This document shows positions 46,288-55,684 of a stretch of DNA of 64,000 nt, piece after piece. The stretch lies in IMG/VR virus record IMGVR_UViG_3300017716_001697, positions 32,001 through 96,000 of that record, one strand, 5' to 3'. The DNA comes from a virus (taxonomy: Duplodnaviria; Caudoviricetes). How positions within the stretch are numbered: the stretch's first letter is position 1; every line of letters begins with the position of its first letter. The notes under the pieces are model-generated. The model worked only from the letters and a program-made list of their open reading frames with translations, had not been told where the DNA came from and did not search any database. Both the position numbers and the translations under genes were made by a program.

Positions 46288-47331
46288 ATGTCAAAAACAC
46301 TAGACGAAATCAGAAAAAAATTGCAAGCCATGGACAATCGCAAAGGTGGCGCAGCAGGCGGATTCAGTAATGATAAGTTGACTTATCCACACTGGAACAT
46401 CGCAGAAGGAACCCAATCAATTTTAAGACTATTACCAGACGGTAATGAAGAAAATACATTCTTCTGGGTGGAACGTCAACTCATTAAACTTACATTCCCG
46501 GGAATTAAGGGCCACGATGAGAACAAGGCAGTTGAAGTACAAGTACCGTGTATCGAAATGTGGGATGGCAAGAATACATGCCCAATCTTAAATGAAGTTC
46601 GTCCAATGTGGAAAGACAAAGCACTCGAAGATACAGCACGTAAGTACTGGATCAAGAAGTCTTATTTCGCACAAGGTTTCGTTAAGCAAGACGGTATCGG
46701 CGAGCAAGACGCACCAGCTAATCCTATTCGTAAGTTCATCATCAGCCCACAGATTTTCAAGATCTTCCAGGCTGCATTAATGGATGTTGATATGGAAAAC
46801 AGCCCAGTTGATTTTATCAACGGCACTGACTTTATTGTCGCTAAGACAAGCAAGGGTGGATTTGCTGATTATAGCACATCGAAGTGGGCACGTAAGGAAT
46901 CTAGCCTGACTCCAGAACAATTGGCAGCAATTGAACAATACGGTCTTGTAGACTTGAGCGAGTATCTTCCAAAGCGTCCAACTCAAGAGCATCTAGATGC
47001 AATGTTCGAAATGTTCCAAGCATCCCTTGATGGTGAATTGTATGACCCAGCACGTTGGGCTAAATTCTACAAGCCATACGGATTTGATTCTGCACCATCC
47101 GGTGATAGCGAGTCCCGTCCAGTGACACGCCCAGCACCAGCTGTGAGCGCACCAGTTACTAAGCCACTGATCGTTCGCGATCCAGTTGACGAAGATTTGG
47201 AAGCCGATTTGCAAGCCGCAGAGGCACCGGTAGCCGCACCAGTTAAGGAACTTGTTGGCGAAACAGCAGCACCTGCTGGCAAGTCACCACAAGAAATCCT
47301 TGCAATGCTGCGCAATCGCAAGACAGCATAA
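46288..47331 (+). CDS. Single-stranded DNA-binding protein (gp32-like)
   Basis: LRLLPDG, FFWVER, CPIL and DFIVAKTSKGGFADYSTSKW; acidic/flexible tail. Confidence 0.88.
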   Translation: MSKTLDEIRKKLQAMDNRKGGAAGGFSNDKLTYPHWNIAEGTQSILRLLPDGNEENTFFWVERQLIKLTFPGIKGHDENKAVEVQVPCIEMWDGKNTCPILNEVRPMWKDKALEDTARKYWIKKSYFAQGFVKQDGIGEQDAPANPIRKFIISPQIFKIFQAALMDVDMENSPVDFINGTDFIVAKTSKGGFADYSTSKWARKESSLTPEQLAAIEQYGLVDLSEYLPKRPTQEHLDAMFEMFQASLDGELYDPARWAKFYKPYGFDSAPSGDSESRPVTRPAPAVSAPVTKPLIVRDPVDEDLEADLQAAEAPVAAPVKELVGETAAPAGKSPQEILAMLRNRKTA

Positions 47332-47352
47332 TCTAAATACAGTAAGATAAAA

Positions 47353-47379
47353 AGATAAGCAACATCACGTTGCTTATCT
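47353..47379 (+). terminator. Hairpin after the ssb gene
   Basis: AGATAAGCAAC-loop-GTTGCTTATCT. Confidence 0.6.
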
Positions 47380-47405
47380 CACTGTAACCAAAATTTAGGA
47401 GAAAC

Positions 47406-48476
47406 ATGGCAAAACCAATAGATATTTCAAAATTTCGTAAGAGTATTACGAAAAGCATTGCCGGAATAAGTGCAGGCTTTCACGACCCAGACACGTGGAT
47501 TAGCACAGGAAACTATGCATTAAACTTTTTAATCAGTGGAGACTTTAATAAGGGAATTCCTTTAGGTAAGGTATCTATGTTTTCCGGCCAATCCGGCGCC
47601 GGCAAGAGTTACATTGTATCAGGCAATATTGTAAAGAATGCACAAGAACAAGGCATTTATTGCATTGTGATGGACACAGAAAATGCGCTAGACGAAGCAT
47701 GGTTACATGCTTTAGGAGTTGACACATCAGAGGACAAGTTACTGAAATTAAATGTATCGCAAATTAATGATGCAGCGCAGATTATCAACGACTTCGTTAA
47801 AGAGTACAAGACACAGGCGCCGGAAGACAGACAGAAGATTTTGTTTGTTATCGACTCAATCGGTATGATGTCGTCAGCAATCGGCGCAGCACAATTTGAG
47901 AAGAATGAAATGAAGGGTGACTTTGGATCAAAGCCAAAGGAATTAATGGCTCTTGTTCGTAACTGCTTGAATATGTTCGGCGACCTTAACATTGGATTGG
48001 TTTGCACCAATCACAGTTATAGTTCACAAGATCCGTATTCGCCTGATGATAAGATTAGTGGTGGATCAGGCCCAGTCTATGCGTCTAGTATTGTAATTGC
48101 TATGAAGCAATTGAAATTGAAAGAAGACGAAGACGGTAACAAGACAAAAGAAGTTGCTGGTATTAGAGCAGGTTGTAAAGTGATGAAGACGCGATTCAAT
48201 AAGCCGTTTGAAGATATTGAATTACAAATTCCTTACGATACAGGTATGTCTCCTTACAGTGGATTCTTTGACTTGATTGAGAAGAAGACTTTTGTAGTGA
48301 AAGAGGGAAACAGGTATGTATACACTGACCTTAATGGCGAACTACATAAGTATTTCAGGAAGCAATGGAATAAGAACGAAAATGGTGTTATGGATTTGGT
48401 AATGTCTGAGTTTGCCGAAAAAGTAAAGGCACAGGACGCACTGGCCACAGAATTAGAATCAGCGGAGGAAATGTAA
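47406..48476 (+). CDS. uvsX: RecA-like recombinase (UvsX)
   Basis: WISTGNYALN, GQSGAGKS, DTENA, FVIDSIG and ISGGSG motifs. Confidence 0.93.
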   Translation: MAKPIDISKFRKSITKSIAGISAGFHDPDTWISTGNYALNFLISGDFNKGIPLGKVSMFSGQSGAGKSYIVSGNIVKNAQEQGIYCIVMDTENALDEAWLHALGVDTSEDKLLKLNVSQINDAAQIINDFVKEYKTQAPEDRQKILFVIDSIGMMSSAIGAAQFEKNEMKGDFGSKPKELMALVRNCLNMFGDLNIGLVCTNHSYSSQDPYSPDDKISGGSGPVYASSIVIAMKQLKLKEDEDGNKTKEVAGIRAGCKVMKTRFNKPFEDIELQIPYDTGMSPYSGFFDLIEKKTFVVKEGNRYVYTDLNGELHKYFRKQWNKNENGVMDLVMSEFAEKVKAQDALATELESAEEM

Positions 48477-48477
48477 T

Positions 48478-48720
48478 ATGGTAAACGAAAATAACGAATT
48501 AATTATAGAATTATGGTCAAGATTGAAATCTCATATTCCTCCTAAGGAGCGTCTAGAGGTTGCTGATATTTTGATTGTCGTGTTTGACGAATTCGGAAAG
48601 GTCGACGACGATCTAATGGATGAAGACCTAGATAAAGAACTTCGTGCTGCTGTAAGAAGTCATATCGGTGACCCACTAGATGTTGAGGACGACGAGGCAC
48701 TAGATGACGACGAATATTGA
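48478..48720 (+). CDS. Hypothetical protein
   Basis: Acidic 80-aa ORF after uvsX. Confidence 0.7.
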   Translation: MVNENNELIIELWSRLKSHIPPKERLEVADILIVVFDEFGKVDDDLMDEDLDKELRAAVRSHIGDPLDVEDDEALDDDEY

Positions 48721-49009
48721 TATAGGTGTAGCATTACTTGAGTCAATCAAAAGTAAGGATGCTCAGCAAGCCCTAACACAGGTCCAACAGTTTAGCGACA
48801 ATATGAGAAACGTAACTGTTGGTGCAGACTATGTTATGTGGATTACTGAGCCAGTAAATCTGACTAGTGTACATAAGGCATTAGCGGAAGACCTTGCAGT
48901 CCCTCCACGATTATTAGCGATTAGACGATCAGCGATGAGTAGAACACAGAAGGGCGCTCTGTTAGTGCAGGCAATGGTGCTGGCAATTAAAAGGGTTCAC
49001 AATTTATGA
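48704..49009 (+). CDS. Hypothetical protein
   Basis: 101-aa ORF. Confidence 0.6.
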   Translation: MTTNIDIGVALLESIKSKDAQQALTQVQQFSDNMRNVTVGADYVMWITEPVNLTSVHKALAEDLAVPPRLLAIRRSAMSRTQKGALLVQAMVLAIKRVHNL

Positions 49010-49144
49010 AATTTACTAACATTGGAATAAATGCGGATTCGGAAATCTTTGTAACTGTTGATGATAAAAATATCTTATTCTCTGATTTTATTAACGAATT
49101 AGTTGATAAAAGGGTTGCTGAAATTTTGGAAAAGAAAGAAATTA

Positions 49145-49606
49145 ATGTCGCATTGGTATTATAAGGTAACTGGCAATCTTGGACTAATACCTGATTTTAT
49201 TGATTATTTCGAAGGCGAGTTGGTTACAGCTCGCCTCGAATTATCTCTGAAGGGCAAGAGTCTAGAGAGGCATGCGGCCGAATTACCCGGCCTAGTTGAA
49301 CAACGATATGCTCAATTGCAAGAAATTGAAGCAGTACTCGAATTCTTAAATATTAAGCTACGAAAAGATCGATCAGCTGAATTCAAAAAATTCCTAGAAG
49401 CGTATAACAAGGCACTGAGTTCACGCGATGCAGAAAAATATGTCGACGGTGTGCAGAGCATTGTTGATAGCACATATCTTATCAACGAAGTTGCATTGCT
49501 ACGAAACAAATTTCTAGCAATAACTAAGGGCTTTGAAGCAAAGAACTTCATGACTGGACACATAATTAAACTAAGGGCCGCAGGTCTTGATGACGCACAT
49601 ATTTAA
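49145..49606 (+). CDS. uvsY: Recombination mediator (UvsY-like)
   Basis: Helical; YNKALSSRDAEKYVDG; lies between uvsX and uvsW. Confidence 0.75.
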   Translation: MSHWYYKVTGNLGLIPDFIDYFEGELVTARLELSLKGKSLERHAAELPGLVEQRYAQLQEIEAVLEFLNIKLRKDRSAEFKKFLEAYNKALSSRDAEKYVDGVQSIVDSTYLINEVALLRNKFLAITKGFEAKNFMTGHIIKLRAAGLDDAHI

Positions 49607-51066
49607 TGACAAAAACAACACTACATATTATCGATGAAGTAAACATAAAATTCAGCGATCTAGATCCTGCATGCAGACGCAAAATGGTTCAGTCGCTCGA
49701 ATTTATGTTACCGTATGCCAGACACACGCCTGCATTCAAACTAGGAAGATGGGATGGTAAGATGTCATTCTGTGACATTGGCGCAAGATCGTACCTGAAT
49801 CTCTTAGATGTGTTATTGCCCATTGTTACTCAGCACGGTTACGAAGTTGAAATAGAAGATCACCGCCAACCTGCACAAGATTTTGTGTTTGATTTAGTTG
49901 AGGGAGATAGTTATTCGCACATCACATGGCCACCGGGTCATCCTAAGGCAGGCGAACCCATTGAAGTCAGGGAACACCAGCTAGATGTTATCAACTCTTA
50001 CCTAGAGAATATAACAGGCATTAACATAGCGCCAACAGGCGCTGGTAAGACGATTATAACTGCGATTTTGAGTCATAAAATCGAACCATACGGCCGAAGC
50101 ATCGTAATAGTACCCACTAAGGATCTTGTTACGCAAACTGAAGAAGATTACATCAACTTCGGATTAGATGTCGGGGTGTTCTTTGGTGATAGAAAGGAGT
50201 ATGGTAAGACCCATACTATATGTACATGGCAAAGCTTAGAAAGCCTGAACAAGCGTTCAAAAGAAACAGATTTAGAGGTCGATATAAACGATTTCTTCGA
50301 TGGCGTGGTGTGCGTCATAGTGGACGAAGTACACAAAGCGAAAGCAGATGTATTGAGAAAGCTATTATCGACCTATTTAGCAAACGCACCGATTAGGTGG
50401 GGACTCACCGGTACCATGCCAGAAGAAGAGGCAGATAAGGTCGGTGTCCGCGCCTGTATCGGTCCTATGTTAGGTCAAATCAATACAAGGGAATTACAGG
50501 ACAAAGGTATTCTTGCTAATCTGCATGTGAACGTATGGCAATTGCAGGATGTAGGACAGGCTGCTAGTGGAAATTATCAGACAGAGCTAAAATGGCTAAC
50601 TACTAATAAGAAACGCTTAGAGTATATTGCCAAACAGGCAATAACGGTAGCAGAATCCGGTAACACACTTATACTGGTTGATCGTGTCGAGACAGGTGAG
50701 ATGTTACAATCATTAATACCTGATTCTATCTTTGTCTCAGGGAAGATGAAGTCAAAGGATAGAAAAGAGGAATATAGAGAGGTACAGGAAGTTGATGGCA
50801 AAGTTATTATTGCAACGTATGGCGTTGCTTCTACTGGTATTAATATTGTTCGTATTTTTAATTTAATTCTTTTCGAAGCTGGGAAGAGTTTTGTTAGAGT
50901 TATACAGAGTATTGGTCGCGGCATCCGTGTTGCAGCCGATAAGGACTTTGTTAATGTCTACGATATCTGCTCAAATTGCAAATACAGTAAGAGCCATCTG
51001 ACTAAACGTAAGAAGTTTTATAAAGACGCTGAATATCCATTCAGTATAACTAAAATTAATTATTAA
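49606..51066 (+). CDS. uvsW: SF2 DNA helicase (UvsW-like)
   Basis: APTGAGKT, DEVH, GLTGT, ATYGVASTGI and QSIGRGIR motifs. Confidence 0.92.
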   Translation: MTKTTLHIIDEVNIKFSDLDPACRRKMVQSLEFMLPYARHTPAFKLGRWDGKMSFCDIGARSYLNLLDVLLPIVTQHGYEVEIEDHRQPAQDFVFDLVEGDSYSHITWPPGHPKAGEPIEVREHQLDVINSYLENITGINIAPTGAGKTIITAILSHKIEPYGRSIVIVPTKDLVTQTEEDYINFGLDVGVFFGDRKEYGKTHTICTWQSLESLNKRSKETDLEVDINDFFDGVVCVIVDEVHKAKADVLRKLLSTYLANAPIRWGLTGTMPEEEADKVGVRACIGPMLGQINTRELQDKGILANLHVNVWQLQDVGQAASGNYQTELKWLTTNKKRLEYIAKQAITVAESGNTLILVDRVETGEMLQSLIPDSIFVSGKMKSKDRKEEYREVQEVDGKVIIATYGVASTGINIVRIFNLILFEAGKSFVRVIQSIGRGIRVAADKDFVNVYDICSNCKYSKSHLTKRKKFYKDAEYPFSITKINY

Positions 51067-51389
51067 TGAAAACAGTTCAATTAGATATTGATGTAAGGCA
51101 TCATAATCTCATGAAGATATTCTTTGAAGCAAACGATTTATTTAAATTAGGCTTCACATTAGATATTGTTGATCGGGATTATGATACCCCGATGACAATA
51201 ACCTCCCCTGATGGCATTCAGCGTACCTATTCGTTTTCACAGACTAAGAAAGTATTAGAGTATACGTACGATGATGAAGACGAGTATCAGGTCGGCAAAA
51301 TAGTCGACCTTAGTCTTAAACATTTAGGATTCAACAATATGCTGCATGATTTTTTAAATAAATGTGGTGTTTCACAGCACGGCGCATAA
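51066..51389 (+). CDS. Hypothetical protein
   Basis: TAATG-coupled ORF. Confidence 0.6.
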   Translation: MKTVQLDIDVRHHNLMKIFFEANDLFKLGFTLDIVDRDYDTPMTITSPDGIQRTYSFSQTKKVLEYTYDDEDEYQVGKIVDLSLKHLGFNNMLHDFLNKCGVSQHGA

Positions 51390-51628
51390 TGCACTCAGTT
51401 CGCACAACGATTCCACGCTGGCAAGCTAGTGACTTTAGAATATTTCTAGAAGCGCACGATCTAGAAGAGCTTATAGTGGGTGATTATGAAAATATAACAG
51501 ACACATGGTATTCAACTAGACTGGTCTGTTATGCATACAGCGATTCATCTACGAAAGCCATTGCGAATATGACCTATATTACGTTAAAATACGGTAGTGT
51601 AGAAAAAGCATTCGACGAATTAACATAA
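51389..51628 (+). CDS. Hypothetical protein
   Basis: TAATG-coupled start inside ORF 51362-51628. Confidence 0.55.
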   Translation: MHSVRTTIPRWQASDFRIFLEAHDLEELIVGDYENITDTWYSTRLVCYAYSDSSTKAIANMTYITLKYGSVEKAFDELT

Positions 51629-51646
51629 TTATAAAGAGGCATTAAA

Positions 51647-52150
51647 ATTAACATCTTAACCAACGACAACGTAGCATATAATCTCGATAAGGTCCCTAAT
51701 GAGATTGAAGACATTAGATATTGTGTATTAGATTACTCCAATCCTAAAGAACCAGATTATTTCTTTATTCCGCTGATATTCCTTGAAAGTTTTTATGCAC
51801 CAGCTGTGGTATTGCAGATAGACAAGTATAAGATACAGATGCCACTCGATTGGTCGATTCTAGTATGCGATGACAGCTATAGTGATATCGAAATTATGCC
51901 ATTGACAAGTCTTAATGATCGAGGCTTTTGTACAATGGTATTTAATCCATTGAGGCATATGGTCCCTCGTCCAAAAGAAATTGCTATTACTAATGTATAT
52001 GCCGAAGTCAAATGGTTCTTCCCTAAATTAAAACACGGTAATATTCTTGTAGTACCTTTAGAAGACGGTCCATTCCCTAATTGTGCGTTATTTGTTAAAG
52101 AAGTAAACAAATTGCCTGAAGTAATTGATATTGGAGCACTCTTTGAGTAA
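51647..52150 (+). CDS. Conserved hypothetical protein, probable ATT start
   Basis: Frame open from 51635; AGAGG RBS 7 nt before ATT 51647; the ORF track only calls it from 51806. Confidence 0.65.
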   Translation: MNILTNDNVAYNLDKVPNEIEDIRYCVLDYSNPKEPDYFFIPLIFLESFYAPAVVLQIDKYKIQMPLDWSILVCDDSYSDIEIMPLTSLNDRGFCTMVFNPLRHMVPRPKEIAITNVYAEVKWFFPKLKHGNILVVPLEDGPFPNCALFVKEVNKLPEVIDIGALFE

Positions 52151-52700
52151 CGTAGAAGATTGGATCACCGGGTTCTATGAATTGAATCCTAATGCTGTAA
52201 GGCATGAGGCGCCGACGAAGGCAAAAAAGAAAGAAAGCACATTGTCGCTTTCATCTGAATTATCTGCAATGGATACGCGAGACAAAGACTTCTACGCTAA
52301 TCTAAGTGACGAACATAAGAAAGAAATTAGCCTCTGGGTGTTAATGCGTTATATGAGTTCTGCGCGTGGAGATGCCTATAATCATTTGACAACAGTGAAT
52401 GATTTGGTTAATGTTGATTTCAGCACAATAGCCAAACACCCTGAATTGCAATGGAAGTTATTAGCAATCTGTGGTACAAACAAGAAACAATTTCACGATT
52501 GGATACCACCGGGTAAGAAAGCAAAAAAGAATAAATTAGAAGAAGCATTAATAGGATTAAATTCGTTAATGAAAGATGATGAATTAGCCTTGTTTCAACG
52601 TATAAATACCCGCGAAGATTTTGAAGAATATTTTAGAGCGAATGCATTTGATGACAAAACAATTAATGAAATCTTCAAAACTGACTCAAAAGGAAAGTAG
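52125..52700 (+). CDS. Clamp-loader small subunit-like protein
   Basis: LSAMDTRDKDFY, LWVLMRYMSS and HPELQWKLL; replication context. Confidence 0.55.
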   Translation: MILEHSLSNVEDWITGFYELNPNAVRHEAPTKAKKKESTLSLSSELSAMDTRDKDFYANLSDEHKKEISLWVLMRYMSSARGDAYNHLTTVNDLVNVDFSTIAKHPELQWKLLAICGTNKKQFHDWIPPGKKAKKNKLEEALIGLNSLMKDDELALFQRINTREDFEEYFRANAFDDKTINEIFKTDSKGK

Positions 52701-53388
52701 TAAACCTGTGATACAGCAGTTTCAATGTAAATTCTGTAATATGAAATTCCATAAAGAGACTACGTTAGTGACGCATATGTGCGTCAAGAAGCGTCGTGAT
52801 ATGGAAATTAATACGCCAGCATCGAGGTTCGGTCACAGGACCTTTCAGCGTTTCTACGATTTAACAATGGCCAACAAGAAGCCTAAGACAACACAAGAAT
52901 TTATAGAGAGTCCATATTACATCGACTTTGTTAAATTCGGAAATCACTTGGCAAATCTTAGACCTGTGTATCCAGAGAAATTTATCGACTTCGTAATTAA
53001 GAACGGGGTTAAACTAAAAGACTGGACAAAGGATTTTGTATACGATATGTATATTGAGGATCTTATTAAGAAGGAACCTGCCGAGGCAGCAACTGCTCGC
53101 ACCATAGATGAAATAGTCGAATGGACCGAGGAAAATAAAGCATGTTTTAACGACTTTTTTGGCACTATTTCAGCGAATGAAGCAGCCCATATGATTAGGA
53201 CAGGTAAGATTAGTCCGTGGGTGTTATATCTGTGCGAATCTGGCGGAGAACTGATGGGAAAGTTTAATGCAGATCACGAAAGAATTATCGGTGGCGTTAT
53301 AGATCCCGGCTTCTGGATGAAGAAGTTTAAAAACAGTAAAGATGATGTGGACTATATAAGGTCTCTATTAGAGCAAGCAGGGTTATGA
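52621..53388 (+). CDS. C2H2 zinc-finger-containing hypothetical protein
   Basis: FQCKFCNMKFHKETTLVTHMC. Confidence 0.7.
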   Translation: MKNILERMHLMTKQLMKSSKLTQKESSKPVIQQFQCKFCNMKFHKETTLVTHMCVKKRRDMEINTPASRFGHRTFQRFYDLTMANKKPKTTQEFIESPYYIDFVKFGNHLANLRPVYPEKFIDFVIKNGVKLKDWTKDFVYDMYIEDLIKKEPAEAATARTIDEIVEWTEENKACFNDFFGTISANEAAHMIRTGKISPWVLYLCESGGELMGKFNADHERIIGGVIDPGFWMKKFKNSKDDVDYIRSLLEQAGL

Positions 53389-53642
53389 TTGTATTTCTGG
53401 AATTAGAGCCAATGTCTAAAACAGTTGAAGCAGCACTAGATGATGCCTATATTGCTGTGAATGAAGGTATATCGCATACATATGTTGATGGCAAATATCG
53501 AATTTTTACATTTTATGATACCGAAGATGAATTAGCCTTTACGCTAACTCACGGAAGCACATTTGTAGAATCGGAAATGTATGTGAATGGTGCCGCTGGC
53601 TTCTTTTTCTGCCCTTATATTCCATTATATCCTATAAAATGA
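53385..53642 (+). CDS. Hypothetical protein
   Basis: Contains FTFYDTEDELAFTL family motif. Confidence 0.6.
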   Translation: MIVFLELEPMSKTVEAALDDAYIAVNEGISHTYVDGKYRIFTFYDTEDELAFTLTHGSTFVESEMYVNGAAGFFFCPYIPLYPIK

Positions 53643-54238
53643 AAATAATTACAACTGATGTAGATATCGACGTATTCGGTAGAGATAAGATCCTTCAGGG
53701 ACTAGAATGCGTCTATGGCCGAATCGACAGAGCTGACGATAAGTTTGAAAAACATCCTACAGGTATATACTTCCAAAATATCCCACGTGATCCTACTACT
53801 AACATATCTACATTAGATCATAGGATTGCATGCGAGTACGGTTATTTTAAGATTGACTTTCTTAATGTGAATATGTACGAAGGCATTAGGAGCGAAGAAC
53901 ACTTACTAGAATTACTGCATAAAGAACCACCGTGGGACTTTTTCCAGTACGAAGACATAACTGACCGATTATTTCATCTTAAGGGATACGGTCATTTATT
54001 GCAGAGACTAAAGCCCGAGTCAGTTGAGGATATCGCAATGATACTAGCAATGATCAGGCCAGCCAAATCTTATCTACAGAGTGCTAACTGGGACAAGATT
54101 CGAGTTGAGATATGGGATAAGAATTTAGACAGAACAGATTATCAATTCAAACGCCAGCATGCTATCTCATATAGTCTTGCTATTATTGTTAATCTTAACT
54201 TATTAATTGATCAATTACAGACTAGAGGCGACGAATAG
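53639..54238 (+). CDS. DNA polymerase III alpha (family C) fragment, stand-alone
   Basis: TDVDID, KHPTGIYF, GYFKIDFLNV, AMIRPA and FKRQHAISYS motifs. Confidence 0.8.
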   Translation: MKIITTDVDIDVFGRDKILQGLECVYGRIDRADDKFEKHPTGIYFQNIPRDPTTNISTLDHRIACEYGYFKIDFLNVNMYEGIRSEEHLLELLHKEPPWDFFQYEDITDRLFHLKGYGHLLQRLKPESVEDIAMILAMIRPAKSYLQSANWDKIRVEIWDKNLDRTDYQFKRQHAISYSLAIIVNLNLLIDQLQTRGDE

Positions 54239-54270
54239 AGCTATGAATAGCTCTATTGTGAATAGAAAAA

Positions 54271-54642
54271 TTAGTCCGCTTTTCTAATGAGTTGAATCTG
54301 ACGTTTCTTGATTCGTTTACGCATGATGTTGTTTAAGCTTGTCACAGACCCAAACATTATCTCTATGTCTTTGTTCACCACTGTCTTTAGACAGTAACGA
54401 AAATCTTGCATCTGTCCTTGAAGGAAAATATTAATAGGCAATATCCTATTACTTTCCCACCACCATGTCTCACCTAGGTGTAAGAATATCTTCTTTTCTG
54501 CAGGAGTGCGAATTGACTCGTAATCGTAGAAACTCATAATCTTATCATCGGAATTTTGAACTATGCCAATATATTCAGATGTTTGGCATCTAATCCCGCT
54601 AAGAAACGGGAATTTTTCTTTAATTTCGTGTAAATTTATCAT
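54271..54642 (-). CDS. Conserved hypothetical protein
   Basis: Minus-strand ORF preceded by TATAAATA on the minus strand (54649-54656). Confidence 0.75.
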   Translation of the reverse strand: MINLHEIKEKFPFLSGIRCQTSEYIGIVQNSDDKIMSFYDYESIRTPAEKKIFLHLGETWWWESNRILPINIFLQGQMQDFRYCLKTVVNKDIEIMFGSVTSLNNIMRKRIKKRQIQLIRKAD

Positions 54643-54724
54643 ACCAGTTATTTATACTGTTTATAACATACAAGAATTTTTTTTGATGTTATTAGTGATA
54701 AATATACTAAAAGGTGGGAAACAG

Positions 54725-55630
54725 ATGGACATTACTTTTCATAAAATGTATCTATACGAAAACGTTCGGCAGTTATTAGCCGTCGGTGACACCTTTTGCC
54801 CATGCAAGGACAACGGCCCAATGAATAAGAACACAATTAAAGCGCATAAAGGTATTGATAACAAAGTTATCTTCCGTGTATTAGGGCCAGACAGAATTCC
54901 ATTTGATGTTGGGTGTGGCCAACAGGTATATGCTCGTATTATGGATCCAGACAATAGACGTGTGGTCTTGGAACGTCTTTGCAAATTAGGTCCAGCAAAA
55001 GGTATTGTCACACTTAATTTAGACAGCGGTGACCTTGCAGAAATAGCTCCTGGTCTATACACAATGGTATTGATAAGAACAGAGAACTTCGTCTCATCAA
55101 CCACCTGTGCTGGTGGCAACGGATTACACGGTGATGCTATAGATTATTATATAGAGAAACCACTATACAGTGATATGAATGACAATGTCTCTATGCAAAT
55201 AGAAATTACTGAGCAGGCATTTAAATCTCCAATGAAGAGTATAGAGATGGGGATAAGGGATTGGACACCTGATATAAACATTGGTCAGTTTGGCCCACCA
55301 ACGCCATCGTTTTATACTGGTAGAATCCCTGGCGGCAGAATATTGAATCATATTAATTCTGTTCATTCATTCTCAACCTACACCAAAAATTTCACAGGTA
55401 TCTTACAGATATGGGGCAGTCTCGAAGAAGCACCGGACCCGTATTTGTCATCAACTAGATGGTTTAAGATATATCCTACTTCAATGTCACAAGATATTGA
55501 ATTTATTGGATACTCTGGGACACAGGCATGGACCTTCTCTGCAAACTTTATGTGGTTGAAATTTAGATATATCCCTTCTACCGCTGTGTTGGATCCGGGT
55601 ATAATGGAAAAGCTTATTGTCAGGGTGTAG
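54725..55630 (+). CDS. Hypothetical virion protein
   Basis: Probable start MDITFHK after late promoter 54697; Ig-like beta content. Confidence 0.7.
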   Translation: MDITFHKMYLYENVRQLLAVGDTFCPCKDNGPMNKNTIKAHKGIDNKVIFRVLGPDRIPFDVGCGQQVYARIMDPDNRRVVLERLCKLGPAKGIVTLNLDSGDLAEIAPGLYTMVLIRTENFVSSTTCAGGNGLHGDAIDYYIEKPLYSDMNDNVSMQIEITEQAFKSPMKSIEMGIRDWTPDINIGQFGPPTPSFYTGRIPGGRILNHINSVHSFSTYTKNFTGILQIWGSLEEAPDPYLSSTRWFKIYPTSMSQDIEFIGYSGTQAWTFSANFMWLKFRYIPSTAVLDPGIMEKLIVRV

Positions 55631-55649
55631 ATCCGGTGTCGAAACGCTG

Positions 55650-55678
55650 TTGACAAATTAATCGAAGATCATTATAAT
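55650..55678 (+). promoter_or_regulatory. Consensus sigma70 promoter for primase-helicase
   Basis: TTGACA-17 nt-TATAAT. Confidence 0.8.
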
Positions 55679-55684
55679 GCTATA

